Shown here: positions 38,831 through 51,752 of the stretch, piece after piece | Numbering within the stretch: the first letter of the stretch is position 1 | How the letters are laid out: every line of letters begins with the position of its first letter | DNA from: Callorhinchus milii | Lineage: Eukaryota | DNA: 64,000 nucleotides | Assembly (NCBI RefSeq): GCF_018977255.1 | Contig: NW_024704743.1 | Location: 83,888,001 to 83,952,000, forward strand | Reading direction: 5' to 3' | The notes under the pieces: generated by a model | Seen by the model: the letters and a program-made list of their open reading frames with translations, nothing else | Told to the model about the DNA's origin: nothing | Database searches by the model: none | Program-made: the position numbers and the translations under genes

Positions 38831-39669
38831 CAGTGATGTGGTTGGATGGACTGCAAGGTCTTCTACAACTACACCAATCTTTCTATGTTTTTGTATAAAT
38901 CCTGTAAAGCACTTTTGACGTGTCTTAATGACGTCAAGGTACTTTATCAAATGCAAAGATTATTATGATAAAATATGCACATGTTGGATAGTAGCACACT
39001 GTTCACATATATTCAAAATTTGAAGCTATCTTAATTTACAAGCTAATACAAAGAATAAATGTGAACACATACTGACCACTTTGATTCTGTTAACTTCAGT
39101 CTGAACAATGCAGTGGCCTAATTTGCTAGACACTGTTTAGAGGCACGGTTTTCCTAAAGAAACTATTTCAAGTAAGCAAAATATTGAGATACGCATGAAA
39201 CTTGAAGTCAGCAGAAGATACATTTATAAAGCATCACCCATGAAAATTATTACCTACTGTTTATTGAGAAAGAAAGTTTTAAAGCACATAGGTTGCAAAT
39301 TGCACAGTACCTGCAACAATTTTATTGCATATGTGAAGCATATATATATCACACCAGCATATATCACACCAGCCTCATCCTCTCACTCCAATATCAGCAT
39401 GTGGGGCCAGATCTATACAGTAATCTTGTCATTGGTGCACCAAGTAGCTTGGCATGGGACTGGCTGCAAAGATGAATCTGTACTAAAGGCACAGCATGAG
39501 TCATCCTAACAAACTGGAGTTGAAGAGGACAGAGGCTTAAATGACATGCTGAAAATGCATGAATCATGCAGTTATTCTGTTAAATTGCTATTGAAGTGCT
39601 TGGCAACTTTGGCTGCCAGTGCACTCATTAGAACATTCCATCCCACAGCTAAGGGTGGACATCTGTAAA

Positions 39670-40370
39670 CAAAGATTGCACAGCACTGAAACAGGCCACT
39701 TAGCCCAACCAGTCCATACCTGTGTTATACCCCAAGACAAGCCTTCACCCATTCCTTACTCTCTCCCATACCCTTCTATTCCCTTCTCCTTAATGTGAAG
39801 GTCCAGCTTTCTCTTGAACGCACCTATACTACCTGATTCAACCACTGCTTCATGCAGCAAATTCCATACTCTCACTGCACTGTTGAAGTAGTTCCTCCTA
39901 AATTCTCTTTTAGATCCCCAAGTCACTATCTTATATTTGTCTCCAACCAGTAAAAACAATATATTTATATCAACCTTATCAAATCTTTTTATAATTTTAA
40001 ACTCTTCTGTTAGGTTGCCCCTTAAACGGCTTTTCTCTAGTGAAAAGAGACCTAACCCATCCAGTTTATCCTGATAGCAGAAACCTGCCAGCCCTGGTAT
40101 CATCCTTGTAAACCTATGTTGTATTCTTTCCATTGCTGCTATATCTTTCTTATAGTGTGAAGAACAGAATTGGACACAATACTCCAAATGTGGTCTAATC
40201 ATGGTTTTGTATAAATTTAACATCATCTCCTCACTTTTATATTCTAACCCTCTGGGTATGAAAATCTAGTCTCTGTTGGCCCCTTTTTATAGTCATATCT
40301 ACCTGTTTAGCTAATTTTTAGAGATTTATGCATCTGAATTCCAGATCTCTTCTATTCCTCTTATGTTCCT
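39670..40370 (-). mobile_element. CR1 3' fragment
   Basis: ORF 39756..40226: LYKTMIRPHLEYCVQF...FKRKLD. Confidence 0.92.
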
Positions 40371-40414
40371 ACCATCTAGATTATGAAATAGGGTAACCAT
40401 ACAAACCTGATTTG

Positions 40415-41320
40415 CGAGTATCCCCGGAAAAGCGATCCACCAGTCGACTAACTGTGGAGTCCTGCAGCTCACTGGTTAGAGCAAGCGAGAGACCTGGGTT
40501 TGATTCCCGGCAGGGTGAAATATTGGGCAAGTTTCCTTACTCTACACGCCTCTGTTTACCTAGCAGTAAGTAGGAACCCTGTTACTGGTCGATTGACTTT
40601 TCCAGCGATAATAATTCTTCAAAAAAAAATGCGGTCACTCAATCCACGACAGTTTGGTGGGATGCTGCTGTGCATAATTGGCTGCCGCATTTTGCTCACA
40701 AATATATAGCCAATTCACTTTAAAGTATATTCCATGAAATACTATATCAAATGCAAGGATTATTATTATTTATTATTATTATGGCAACTGGGTTCCTATT
40801 TACTGCTGGGTAAACAGAGACATGTGGAGTAAAATAATTTGACCAACGTTTCACCCTACCAGCAATAGAACCCAGGTCTCTCACTTGTGAGGTGAGTGCT
40901 AACCACTGAACTACAGGACTCCATAAGATATAACACCTTTTATGTTGGGAGGATGTCTCAAAGTGCTTCACAAGATTTATGGGGAAGTGTAGTGACTGTA
41001 TATTTTCCAGGCGAACATGCCAGATAATTTGTGCACAGCATTGTCCCACAAACAGCCATGAAATGAATGATCAATGTTATCTGGGGATTATTATTACCAG
41101 GACATCGGAAAGCACTTCCTTCTCTTTTTGAATAACATCATGGGATCTTTAACGACCACTTGAACAGGCAGTTTAACATCTCACCTGAAAGTCAGCATCT
41201 GGGGTCTGCATTGGAGTGTCAGTCTTGACTACATGAGTTCAAACACGCAATGTGTGGCTTGAATCCACAGCAGTCTGACTCAGAGGCAAGATTGCTATCA
41301 ACTGAGCCAGGATGATGCCT
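40415..41320. mobile_element. SINE cluster: plus copy 40454-40781, inverted head 40783-40923, old Deu SINE 40925-41320 (minus)
   Basis: GTGGAGTCCTG heads on both strands; Deu core. Confidence 0.85.
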
Positions 41321-41619
41321 AATAAATTAAGTATCATGCTATTTGAAACAATAAAACTCACACTGGATGTTACAGATGAATGGCCAAGTTAAAGTTTTAA
41401 TCTCAAGCCTTAAGTAAGGAATCAAATAATAACATTTTGACCCCATTGAACATGATCCAAAAATTCACTTTACAGTATACTCTGGGAAACGCTTTGAGAC
41501 GTCTCGAAGACGTGATAATGGGTGTTATATCAAATCCAAGGATTATTATTATTTTTATTATAATTCCTTGCAAACAAACAAATTTACCAAACATGATTTT
41601 GTGGGATCGTCGCAGTGCT

Positions 41620-41905
41620 TGGTTCCCAGCTCACCATTGGCGTGCGAGCCTTCAGTCCCTCTGGCCCCACCCTCTGGAACTCCATCCCACAGTGCCTCCA
41701 ACTCGCCCCCTCCCTTTCCTCCTTCAAGAGCATCTTAAGAACCTCCTCTTCGACCGTGCCTTTGATCAGCCTCCTTTCCCCCCTGCACTCCACCCTCCCT
41801 GATCCTGAACCGCAGCTCGGGTCCAAACACTGACTGTCCGGCACCTTGGGACGTCCTCCCGACATGAAATTCGCTGCTATACAAATGTAATTTTGTTGTT
41901 GTTTT
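41620..41905 (+). mobile_element. L2 3' fragment
   Basis: TIGVRAFS...LWNSIPQCL; (TTG)n tail. Confidence 0.85.
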
Positions 41906-42189
41906 AAAATTATTTATTAACTACTTCACAATAAACTGCTTTTAAGTTACATGTGTACTTAACAAGATACTTTTCAGCATTTGGAAAAGCAATAATAATG
42001 CAGGGTATTTGAAGCACACAAAAGCATTGTAAATGTGCTACTCAGCAAATTACTGCCAAGCCCACGAGCCTTTTAGTGAGCAGGCTTCTGCAGCAAACAG
42101 ACTCTTATCTTCCTTTCAGAACATTTACTGTAACACACTACAGGGGTATGAAATTGGTCTGTGATATTGATGATCTAATAGCTATCTAT

Positions 42190-43395
42190 GTTTATGCCTT
42201 ATCCTGGAAAAAAATCTCCCCCTCCTCCCTCTCCGCTGCCTTGGAGTCATCTGAACTCCTCCTCCTCTGGGCTTCCTTCAGCGATGACCTATCCTCCTCG
42301 GTCAGTCTTCCTCACAGCTCCCTCTGTACCACTTTTGATTCTCTTGTTCCCCTCACTTCCTGAACCATCTCCTACTCATGAAACTCACCATATGCACCAG
42401 CCATCTCTGCTCCCTTAAAGCACAGGTGATGCCGCTGAACGCACCTGGCTTAAATCGAACTTAACGGTCCATTGGCAGATCTGGCTGGACCTTATCAAAG
42501 CTTACCTCTCCATCCTCATCTCCGATAAATCATTGTTCTACTTCAAGGCAATCTTTGTGGCCAAGGACAACCCCAGGCTCCTCTTCTCCATCACCAACCG
42601 GCTCCTCCGCCCACCCTCTCAGGTCTTGCCCATCCTCACCTCCAATGCCAACTGCGAGACGATGCTGGACTTCCTTGATTCCAATGTTACGGTGATCCGC
42701 TCAGCTTCCTCTGCCCTTCCATCTACTACCCCCTCCCCATTCCCCTCACATCCTGGGCCCTACCCATCCCTCCCTCCACACCTTCGAACCCGTCTCCCAC
42801 ATGTCTCTCACCGCTACTATAACCCCATGAAACCGACCACCTGCTCCCTCGACCCCATCCCTACCTCTCTCCTTACCTCTCAGCTCCACCTCCTTGCCCC
42901 TCTACTCAAAGACATCACAAACCTCTCCCTGTCCATTGGTACAGTTTCACCCCTTCAAAAACAGCTGGTATCACTCCTATCCTTAAAAAACCCTCCCTGA
43001 ACCCATTCCTGCTCACAAACTACTGCCCCATCTGCAACCTCCCTTTCCTCTCCAAGGTCCTGGAATGAGTCGTTGCTTCCGAAATTTGCTCCTTCCTCTC
43101 CCGCCACTCCCTTCATGAACCCCTCCAATCAGGTTTCCATGCCATTTCCATTCCATGCCAGCACAGAAACAGCTCTGGTCAAAATGACAAATGACAATCT
43201 GTCCATTTGCGGCCAGAGCTCCCTCTGCCTCCTCATCCTCTTGACCTCTCTGCTGCCTTTGACACATTGACCACTTTATCCTCTCACCTCAACCTTCGCT
43301 GCCTTCACTTCATCTCCACAAACGGCTTCTCCTCTAGCCCCCGCGCCATCTTGTTCAGCATTTCTCAGTGCTCTGTCCTTGATCCCTTCCTCGTC
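42190..43395 (+). mobile_element. L2 internal fragment (EN-RT linker to RT N-terminus)
   Basis: [42 protein letters not shown]. Confidence 0.92.
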
Positions 43396-43404
43396 AAGTC
43401 CAGG

Positions 43405-43919
43405 AGAGTGAAGTGGAAGAGTGAGAATTCTATTAAGGAATTTGGTGAGAGTGGAAATTCTTGAGCAAGAGACAACTAGAGACCAAGAGGGAACCCTTTC
43501 TTTTAGCAAAAGAGTAGGAATTGTTTCTTGAGCAACAGAGAACTTTCTGCACTTGCTTCAAGAAGATATCTAGTGCAATAATAATAATAATAATAATCCT
43601 TGCATCTGATATAGTATCTTATCATGTCGTTGAGATGTCTCAAAGCCCCTCACAGAATATACTGTAAGGTGACGTGACTGTATACAATTGCGCACAGCAC
43701 TGTCCCACAAACAGTCGCGGATTGAGTAACCAAATTAATATTTTTTTGGAGGGATTATTAACCCTGGAAAGCTATCCACCAATTGACTAACAACTAGTTT
43801 CCTACTTACTGCTGGGTAAACAGAGGCATGTGGAGTAAGAAAACTTGCATAAGGTTTCGTCCTGCCCGGGAATCGAACCTGGGTCCTCTCGTTCTAACCA
43901 CTGAGCTTCAGGACTCCAC
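43405..43919. mobile_element. About 170-bp module fused to the tail of a minus-strand SINE (43577-43919)
   Basis: The same junction recurs at 49340-49744. Confidence 0.8.
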
Positions 43920-45079
43920 AAAACAAACCACGGGATTGATTGTTGGAGCAGCTCCAACCAACCCAGAGATATACAAAGCTCCAAGCATGTTGGTTTCAGG
44001 AAAAATGGGAGAGGATGGGGGAAGAGAGAATGAGAAAGAGCATAAGTAAGAGAGCATGCAATCGAGAGAAATAGCACAGGAGGAGGTTGTGAAATAGGCT
44101 GTAGGTTGTGAAGTAAATCCTACTGCGGATTTGAGGAATCGTTCCCCCTTGCCCCCCAGTAATGCGATTCTGACAACTTGTGGTTTTAGTTAGGAAATCA
44201 GCAGATAACAGATTTCTGCAGGAATTGTGCAAGAATTTGTCTTTTTTGTAGTGTTTTGTGAGCTCGCTCTGAGCACATTACCCTCCACAGCACCAATCAT
44301 TTCCCCCGCCTACCAATCCCCCTCCCCCTCTCAACGTTACACACTCGCTGGTGTAGACACATCTCCAGGATGCAAAAAAATCCCCAACAAGCAAATCCCA
44401 GTGTTTTTCCAGAGGGAGGAATTTATGAGGTTAAAATGAAGGCACACATTTACTAAGAATTTCTTTTAATGCAAGGATAACCAAACTATATTACAGTTTG
44501 CAGAAGAGATTTCTACGAAAGAGCTGGCGTGAAGCTTTGCTGGAGGTATAATCATCGAGGCTTACACAGTTAAAGGGTAAAAGGTGCATTAGAATCCTAC
44601 AATTCAACGTGTCATTCCAGGGAAATAAACATTTTAACATTTTCTTTTCAAAATATCACACCTTAAAAATAAAAACGAGAACAAGGGAAACAAAAAGGCA
44701 ATTCAAATATTCTTGAGTAATGAGATAAATTAATATATTTTTAAAAAAACTTTTTTTTAGCTACAACAACCATTTCTGCAGGATTCTCCCTCTGCAAGGG
44801 TGGGAGAATGTGACAAAACACATAATACAAAGGGAAAGAGGAATGCTTCCAGGTTTGTTCACCCCCACCCCACTTCATGGGGCGAATCCCATTCATCCCA
44901 TTTGTACACTTCAATATTTTGATTGAACTGAGATTCTGTAAGGGTCAGCCTGATAGGTGCAGCCTGGAATCTGAGGAAGACGATGATTAATTGATACAAT
45001 TTGTTGATATGAACTTGCGATCTCTAACACAATGAATGAATTACTTCAATTCATTCTCCTTGAACTTACCCTAAGCAAT

Positions 45080-46290
45080 ATTTTCTGAACTGTGGGGGAA
45101 TGTGACTCCAACTTTTACTTCTATATGTGGCACCTTACATTTATCTTTATTGAATTTCAATTCCATTATTGGTGCAGGATCATAGCCTGTCAAGCTCTCT
45201 TTGTAAGATCTTGGCTGCCTACTCAAATGTTGCATTCGCCTTAGTTTGGAGTTACCTGTTACAACAACGATAACAACTTGAATTTTATAGCTCCTTTCAT
45301 GTGGATAGCATCTCGGAGTGCTCAACAGTAGCGGAGCTTGACACCTAGCTGGGGAGAGAGAGTTGACCATAGACATGGCTAAAGAGGAAGGTCTTCAGGT
45401 GTGTTCTGAAGATAGGCAAGGAGAGGCAAGGCAGAGAGATTGAGGTACAGAGTTCAAGAGCTTAGGACATTGTGGCTGAAAGCAAAGCCACCGATGGTGG
45501 AGCAGAGGGGATGAGAAATGTGTAGAAGGCAGGAACCAGTGAAGCAAAAGGAGTAGGTAGTGGAGTGGGATGAAAGCAGGTCAGAGAGGTGCTGAATTGA
45601 TTTCTAAGTGTGAAGATCTTGAAGTCAATCCGTGATGCAATATGGAAGCTGTGGAGCACGGCAAGGATTGGTGTGATGGGTGTACAGAGTTTTGTATGAG
45701 TGAGAATATGGATGATATGGATGGTGGAGTTTTGAATCAGTGGATTTTATGGCTGTTGTAGCTGAGGAGACTGGGAACAAAGGCTTGGAAAAACCTATGA
45801 ATGTAACTACAGTACCTTATTTGGAGTCTGTGAATACAACTGCTCACAAACTGCGCAGTGATGTCTTGACATTCAGAGAAGCATCTACATAGACATAAAC
45901 AAAGGATAGGAACAGGAGTAAGCATTCAGCCCTTCGAGCCTGTCCCACACCAAGATCATGGCCGATCTGTAACTCAATTCTACCTCCCCACCTTGACTAT
46001 CAAGCATAAAGCTATTTGCCTTTTAAACCCTTCAATTGACTCTGTCTCCACTGCCCTCTGCAGGAGTGAATTCCACATTCCTACCATCTTCTGTGTGAAA
46101 AGTGTTTCTTTATTTCATTTTTAAATGGTTTAACCTCAAATTTAAGCCTATCGTCACTAGTCCTCAAGTTCTCACCACAGGAACCTGTTTCTCACTATTC
46201 AGTCTGTCAAATCCTAAACACCTTGATCACATTTTCCCTCAACCTCCTGAACTCGAGAGAATACAATCCAAAAATCCAGAATGATCACAG
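45080..46290 (-). mobile_element. Decayed CR1 (45080-45260, 45890-46290) and L2 (45260-45740) fragments
   Basis: FNKDKCKV, RIDFKI and a CR1 3' UTR. Confidence 0.75.
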
Positions 46291-46769
46291 CACAGTTGTG
46301 AATTAGTCCAGGTAAGAAGATAATGTGGCTTATTCTCTCCTGTTGCTTGTGATGGTTCAAGAATTTAGCCCAATGAGTTAGTTTTGACAAACAAGGTACA
46401 TGATTAAAAAAAGCTTGTGTTTCCTAGTGATTAGTCATTTCCATGACATGTCCGTTTCATACTACCTAAAACGAAAGTCAATAAAAAAGGATAACGCATA
46501 GCTACTGAAATACACTAACAAATATAAAAGTTACGCACACACACACACAACCAAAGCCGTGCAAAACACATATTAATTTATATGTGGCTCTGTGACCTTT
46601 ATTGGTGATTTTGTTTTCCTATTTTTAAACCTTATCTTTTCCAGAATGTTGCAACTCCAAGTACTAATTGGAGACTCCAAGTCCAACATATTGTCTCAAT
46701 CCAGAAGCATCATCAACCTTCTCATCAGGCACAACTGTGTACAACTTTCCATTGCCATTAGCTATCTGT

Positions 46770-48590
46770 GTTAATTTTTCAATCCTCCTTAGACACTGGG
46801 GTAGTGCCAGAGGACTGGAGGTTCGCAAGTGTTACTCCCCTGTACAAAAAGGGGCAGAAAGATAAACCTGGGAACTACAGGCCAGTCAGACTTATGTCAG
46901 CAGTGGGGAAACTTCCAGAGACTACAACAACAACAAGATTTCATTTATAGCGGGCCTTTCCCTTCGGGAAGACATCCCAATGCACTGGACAGTTGGGTCA
47001 GGACCCGAACAGGGGGGAAATGGTCAGGGTGAGGGGAGGGAAGGGAGGGAGCGAGGAAGGGGTAGAGAGTCGAGAGGGGAGCTGAAGGCACGGTCAAAGA
47101 GAAAGGTCTTGAGACCAGCCTTGAAGGAGGAAAGGGAGGAGGCGGCGAAGGCACTGGGGATAGAGTTCCAGAGCCTGGGGGCTGAGAGGCTGAAGGCCCG
47201 GCCACCGATGGTAGGGCAGTTGGGGCGGGGGATGTGGAGCAGACCGGAGCCAGAGGGCAGGTAAGTTGACTATAATTCAAGACAAAATAAATTTTCACTT
47301 AGAAAAATATAGGTTAATAAAGGACAGCCAGCACGGATTTGTAAAAGGCAAATCGTGTCTATGAAACCTGATAGAGTTTTTTGATGAAGTAACGGAGAGA
47401 GTGGATGAAGGTAATGCAGTTGATATAGTTTATATGGATTTTCAAAAGGCATTTGATAAAGTACCACATAAGAAACAGAGACTTGTAAGCAAAATAGAAG
47501 CCCACGGTATTAAAGGGACAGTGGCACCATGGATACAGAACTGGCTGGGAGACAGAAAACAGAGAGTTGTAGTGAATGGTTGTTTTTATGACTGGAGGGA
47601 AGTGCGCAGTGGTGTCTCCCAGGCACTGGTATTGGGACCACTGCTGCTTTTGATCTATATAAATGACCTGGACTTGGATATAGGGAGTACAATTTCCAAG
47701 TTTGTAGATGATACTAAACTAGGAAAAGTAGTAAACAGTGAGGAGGATAGGAGTGGACTGCATGAGGACATAGACAGACTGGTAAATGGGCAGACACGTG
47801 GCAGACAAAGTTTAATGTGGATAACTGCAAAGTAATGCATTTTGGGAGGAAGAATGAGGAGAGGCAATATAAGCTGATGGTACAATCTTAAAGGGGGTGA
47901 AGGAACAGAGAGACCTGAAGGTTCATATAAGTAAATCTTTGAAGGTGGCAGGACAGGTAGATAAAGCTGTTAAAAAAGCATATGGGATACTAGGCTTTAT
48001 AAATAGGGGCATAGAATACAAAAGTTATGATGAACCTTTATAAAACACTGATTAGATCTCAGCAGTTCTGGTCATCACACTTTAGGAAGGATGTCAAAGC
48101 ATTGGAGAGGGCACAACAGAGATTTACCAGGCAGGATCCTACCAGGAATTAGGGACTTCAGTTATCAGGAGAGGCTAGAGAAGCTAGGATTATTCTCCTT
48201 GGAACAGAGAAGGTTAAGAGGAGACTTAATAGAAGTTCTCAAAATTATGAGTGGATTCGATAGGTTGAACAAGGAGAAACTATTTCCACTGGCAGGTGAG
48301 TCTGTTACCTGAGGACACTGATTTAAAACAGTTGTTAAAAGAAATAGAAGAGAAGTGAGGAGAAATTTTTGGATCTGGAATGCATTATCTGAAAGGGTGG
48401 TGGAAGCCGATTTGATAACAACTTTCAAAAGAGAAGTAGATAGATATTTGGGGAGAACAAGTTTGCAGGGCTATGGGGAGAAAGAGGGGGAGTGGGATTG
48501 ATTTGGGTAGCTCTTTTCGAAGAGCCAGCACAGACACGATGGGTCAAATGGCCACCTTCTGTGCTGTATAATTCTATGATTCTATGATTC
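46770..48590 (+). mobile_element. CR1 RT and 3' UTR, decayed; interrupted by an L2 3' fragment (46924-47262, minus)
   Basis: VPEDWR..VTPLYKKG..PGNYRPV; YMDFQKAFDKVPH; tail TTCTATGATTCTATGATTCT. Same family as 1-1236. Confidence 0.95.
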
Positions 48591-49305
48591 TCCATCAACA
48601 ACTGGATCCTCTGTCCACTCCTCTCTCTCCTCGCTCATCCTCATCTCCAATGCCAACTGCGAGATGATGCTGAACTTCCTCAAATCCAAAGTTGAGGGGA
48701 TCTACTCAGCTGCCTCTGCCAGCTCCATCGCCTTGCCCCTCTACTCACAAACATCATAAACCTCTCCTTATCCACTGATACCATTCCCACCCCTTTAAAA
48801 ACAGCTGCCATCACTCCTATCCTTAAAACACCCTCCTGGGACCCATTCCTGATCTCAAACTACTGCCCCATCTCCAACCTCTGTTTCCTCTCCAAGGTCC
48901 TGGAACGAGTTGCTTCCCAATTTTGCTCCTTCCTCTCCCGCCACTCCCTTCACTAACCCCTCCAATCGTGTTTCCATGCCATCCACAGTACAGAAACAGC
49001 TTTGGTCAAGTGATAAATGACATTCTGTTCATTTGCGACCAGAGCTTCCTCTGCTGCCTTGACCTCCTTGACCTCTCTGCTGCCATTGCCCACTCTATCC
49101 TCATCCACCATCTCTCCTCTCACCTCAACCTTCATGGCTCTGTCCTTGAATGGTTCGGATCATAACTCTCACACCGCCTTCACTTCATCTCCACAACAAT
49201 TTCTCCTCTAGCCCCCACACCATTTTGTGCGGCATTCCTCAGGATTCTGTACTTGGTCCCCTCATCTTCAATTTCTTTATGGTCCTTCTTGGTGACATCA
49301 TCTTT
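48590..49305 (+). mobile_element. L2 internal fragment
   Basis: Collinear with about 42580-43395 (SNANCE, SNYCPISNL, LDLSAA). Confidence 0.88.
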
Positions 49306-51619
49306 CAAGCAGAGAGCCAAGCAGAGTGAGGAGAGAATTAAGTGAGGTGTAACAGAGTGAGAATTCTGTTAAGTAATTTGGTGAGAGTGGGAATTCTTGA
49401 GCAAGAGAGAACTAGAGTCCAACAGTGTACTCTTTCTTTTAGCGAAAAAGTGGGAATTGTTTCTTGAGCAAGAGAGAACTTTTCGCACTCGCTTCAAGAA
49501 AATATCTAGCGTAATAATAATAATAATCCTTGCATTTGATATAGCACCATATCACATAATTAAGATGTCTCAAAGCGCCTCACAGAATATACCGTAAGGT
49601 GGAGCATCTGTATACTTTGTGGGCGAAACATGGCAGCCAATTGAGCACAGCATTGTCCCACAAACAGTCGTGGATTGAGTGACCAAATTATTATTTTTTT
49701 TGGAGGAATTATTACCCCGGAAAGCTATCCACCAATTGATTAACAAGTGAGGTGTAATAGAGTGAGAATTCTATTAAGGAATTTGGTGAGAGTGGAAATT
49801 CGGTGCAGAAGGGGAAGGAGGTGCAGATGAGAAATCTTTTGTCTTTTTTTTCTCATATAATGTATATAACAATGGAATACTTTGTGCATTGCAGAAGTTG
49901 CAAGATGTTTGCCTTCCAGGCCCAGGTTTTGAATGGGCATTAATCTGCATTAACCGCAAGCTGAAGTGGTCAACCTTAGCGAGTGACTGGCCATGCACCA
50001 AAGTGTTAGGGAGGGAGAAGTGTTTATAAATTATGTATCAGAGGAGACCTTGCTGGGGGCACAGTAGGAGAGGAATCCCCGGTACCTGGAGGAGGGGATT
50101 GGGTCTCTGCTAGGAAAGGGGCCAAAAACAGTGGTCAGCTAATGGAGCAGGAGTGGACATCCCTGGTGCTCTCCAACAGTTTCTTTCCTCTGGAGAGAGA
50201 TGATATGGAAGCCCAAGTGATGGCTGAGACAGCCAAGGGAATGCCATGCACCGAGGCAATCCAGCAACCTGCCAGGGAAGGATGGAAGAAGAGAAATTGT
50301 GATATTAGGAGATTCCACTATTCGGTTTATAGATTGCATTCTGTGCAAGCCAGACCCAGAAAATAGAATGGTAAGTTGCCTTCCGGGTGCATAGGTTGAG
50401 GATTTGATGCCCCAGGTTGACCAAATGCTACACGGAGCAGGTGAGGAACCAATTGTAGTTGTTCATGTGAGAAGAAATAGCATAGATAGAAGTAGACCAG
50501 AGGTACTTCATGCTAAATTTAGAGCAGGAAGAAAACTAAAGGGAAAGACTTCAAGTGTAGTATTTTCCAAAATACTACCCACCATGTGTTAGTGAGTAAA
50601 GACAGAGGGTAATTAGGCAGACCAATGCATGGCTAAGGCATTGGTGTAGGGAGTCAGGCTTTTGTTTCCTCAAACAATGGGGCACCTTTTGGAATAGGGG
50701 GCATTTATACAGAGCGAATGGGCTCCAACTGAATAAAAGGGGGGTGGGGGTGTCGGCAGGCATGATAGATAATTTAGTCGGGAGTGTTTAAACTAGGCAC
50801 AGGGATGATTGCAGTAGGTGTAAGAGAGCACCCCAACCGTTAAGTAAAACCTTAAGGTGTACAGTGTAACAGGTCCAACTCCAAAGGTTGGTGAAAAATA
50901 AATGCTTATATAGTAAATGGGAAATGCAAAAAACAATGGAGCTGTACTTGCATTAATGCAAGAAGTCTGAGAAACAAGGTGAGTGATCTGGAAGGTCTTG
51001 TAGGGGGTGTTAGATTGAACATTATTGGCATAACAGAGGCATGTTGCAATTAATCCAATCGATGGGATATGCATCTGGGAGGTTATAATTTGTTTAGGAG
51101 GGACCATATCAGGAGAAGAGGAGGTGATGTGGCACTATATATAAGCTCCATTATTGAGACACAAGTGAGAGAGGATATAAAAAAGGAAATGGCAGACGCA
51201 GAATCACTTTGGGTAGAATTAAAAGATGGCATCAGAGGTAAGCTATTAAAGCAAGACTGTTTTATGACTCAGTTTGCAAAAACGAACCGACAAGAGGAAA
51301 TAACATCTTAGATTTGATAATGCGCAATAGGGACAACCAAATCTCCAACATAAAGGTGGGAGAAGCATTAAGCAACAGTGATCACCATGCAGTCATATTT
51401 GACATCACAAGAGTTGGTGAGGCTATAAAAACCCAATAAAACTGCGAAATTTCAAGAGGACTGACTTTGTGCGCTTGAGAAGTCCAATTGGAGTGGGTCC
51501 TGGCCGGCTTAAATATGGTAATGGAAGTGGAGGACCTATGGAGTTCCTTCAAGGGGGTGATTATGAAAGCAATGAAACAATGTGTACCCATGTGAAGCAA
51601 AGATACCAAGCTTAAAGAC

Positions 51620-51752
51620 CTGAAACAACAGAAGTCGCTGGGAACATTCAGCAGGTCAGGCAGCATCTATGGAGAAAGGAAAGTGAGTCAATGTTTTGGG
51701 TCCACGACCCTTCATCAGAACCGAGTTCTGCAGTATTTTTTTGTTTTTTTTA
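51620..51752 (-). mobile_element. Second Penelope-like terminal-repeat relic with a degenerate hammerhead motif (51685-51723)
   Basis: Reverse complement reads GTT-CTGATGA-AGGGTCGTGGACCC-AAAAC-ATT-GACTC and is homologous to 13875-13980. Confidence 0.75.

Noticed and set aside
45816..45884. 69-nt open minus-strand exon candidate (CFSECQDITAQFVSSCIHRLQI)
   Set aside because: The acceptor tract is the tail of the adjacent CR1, the donor is weak, and the segment is wedged between repeats.
46600..46775. Strong plus-strand acceptor followed by coding-like text
   Set aside because: No donor and no recognisable peptide; all frames end in stops.
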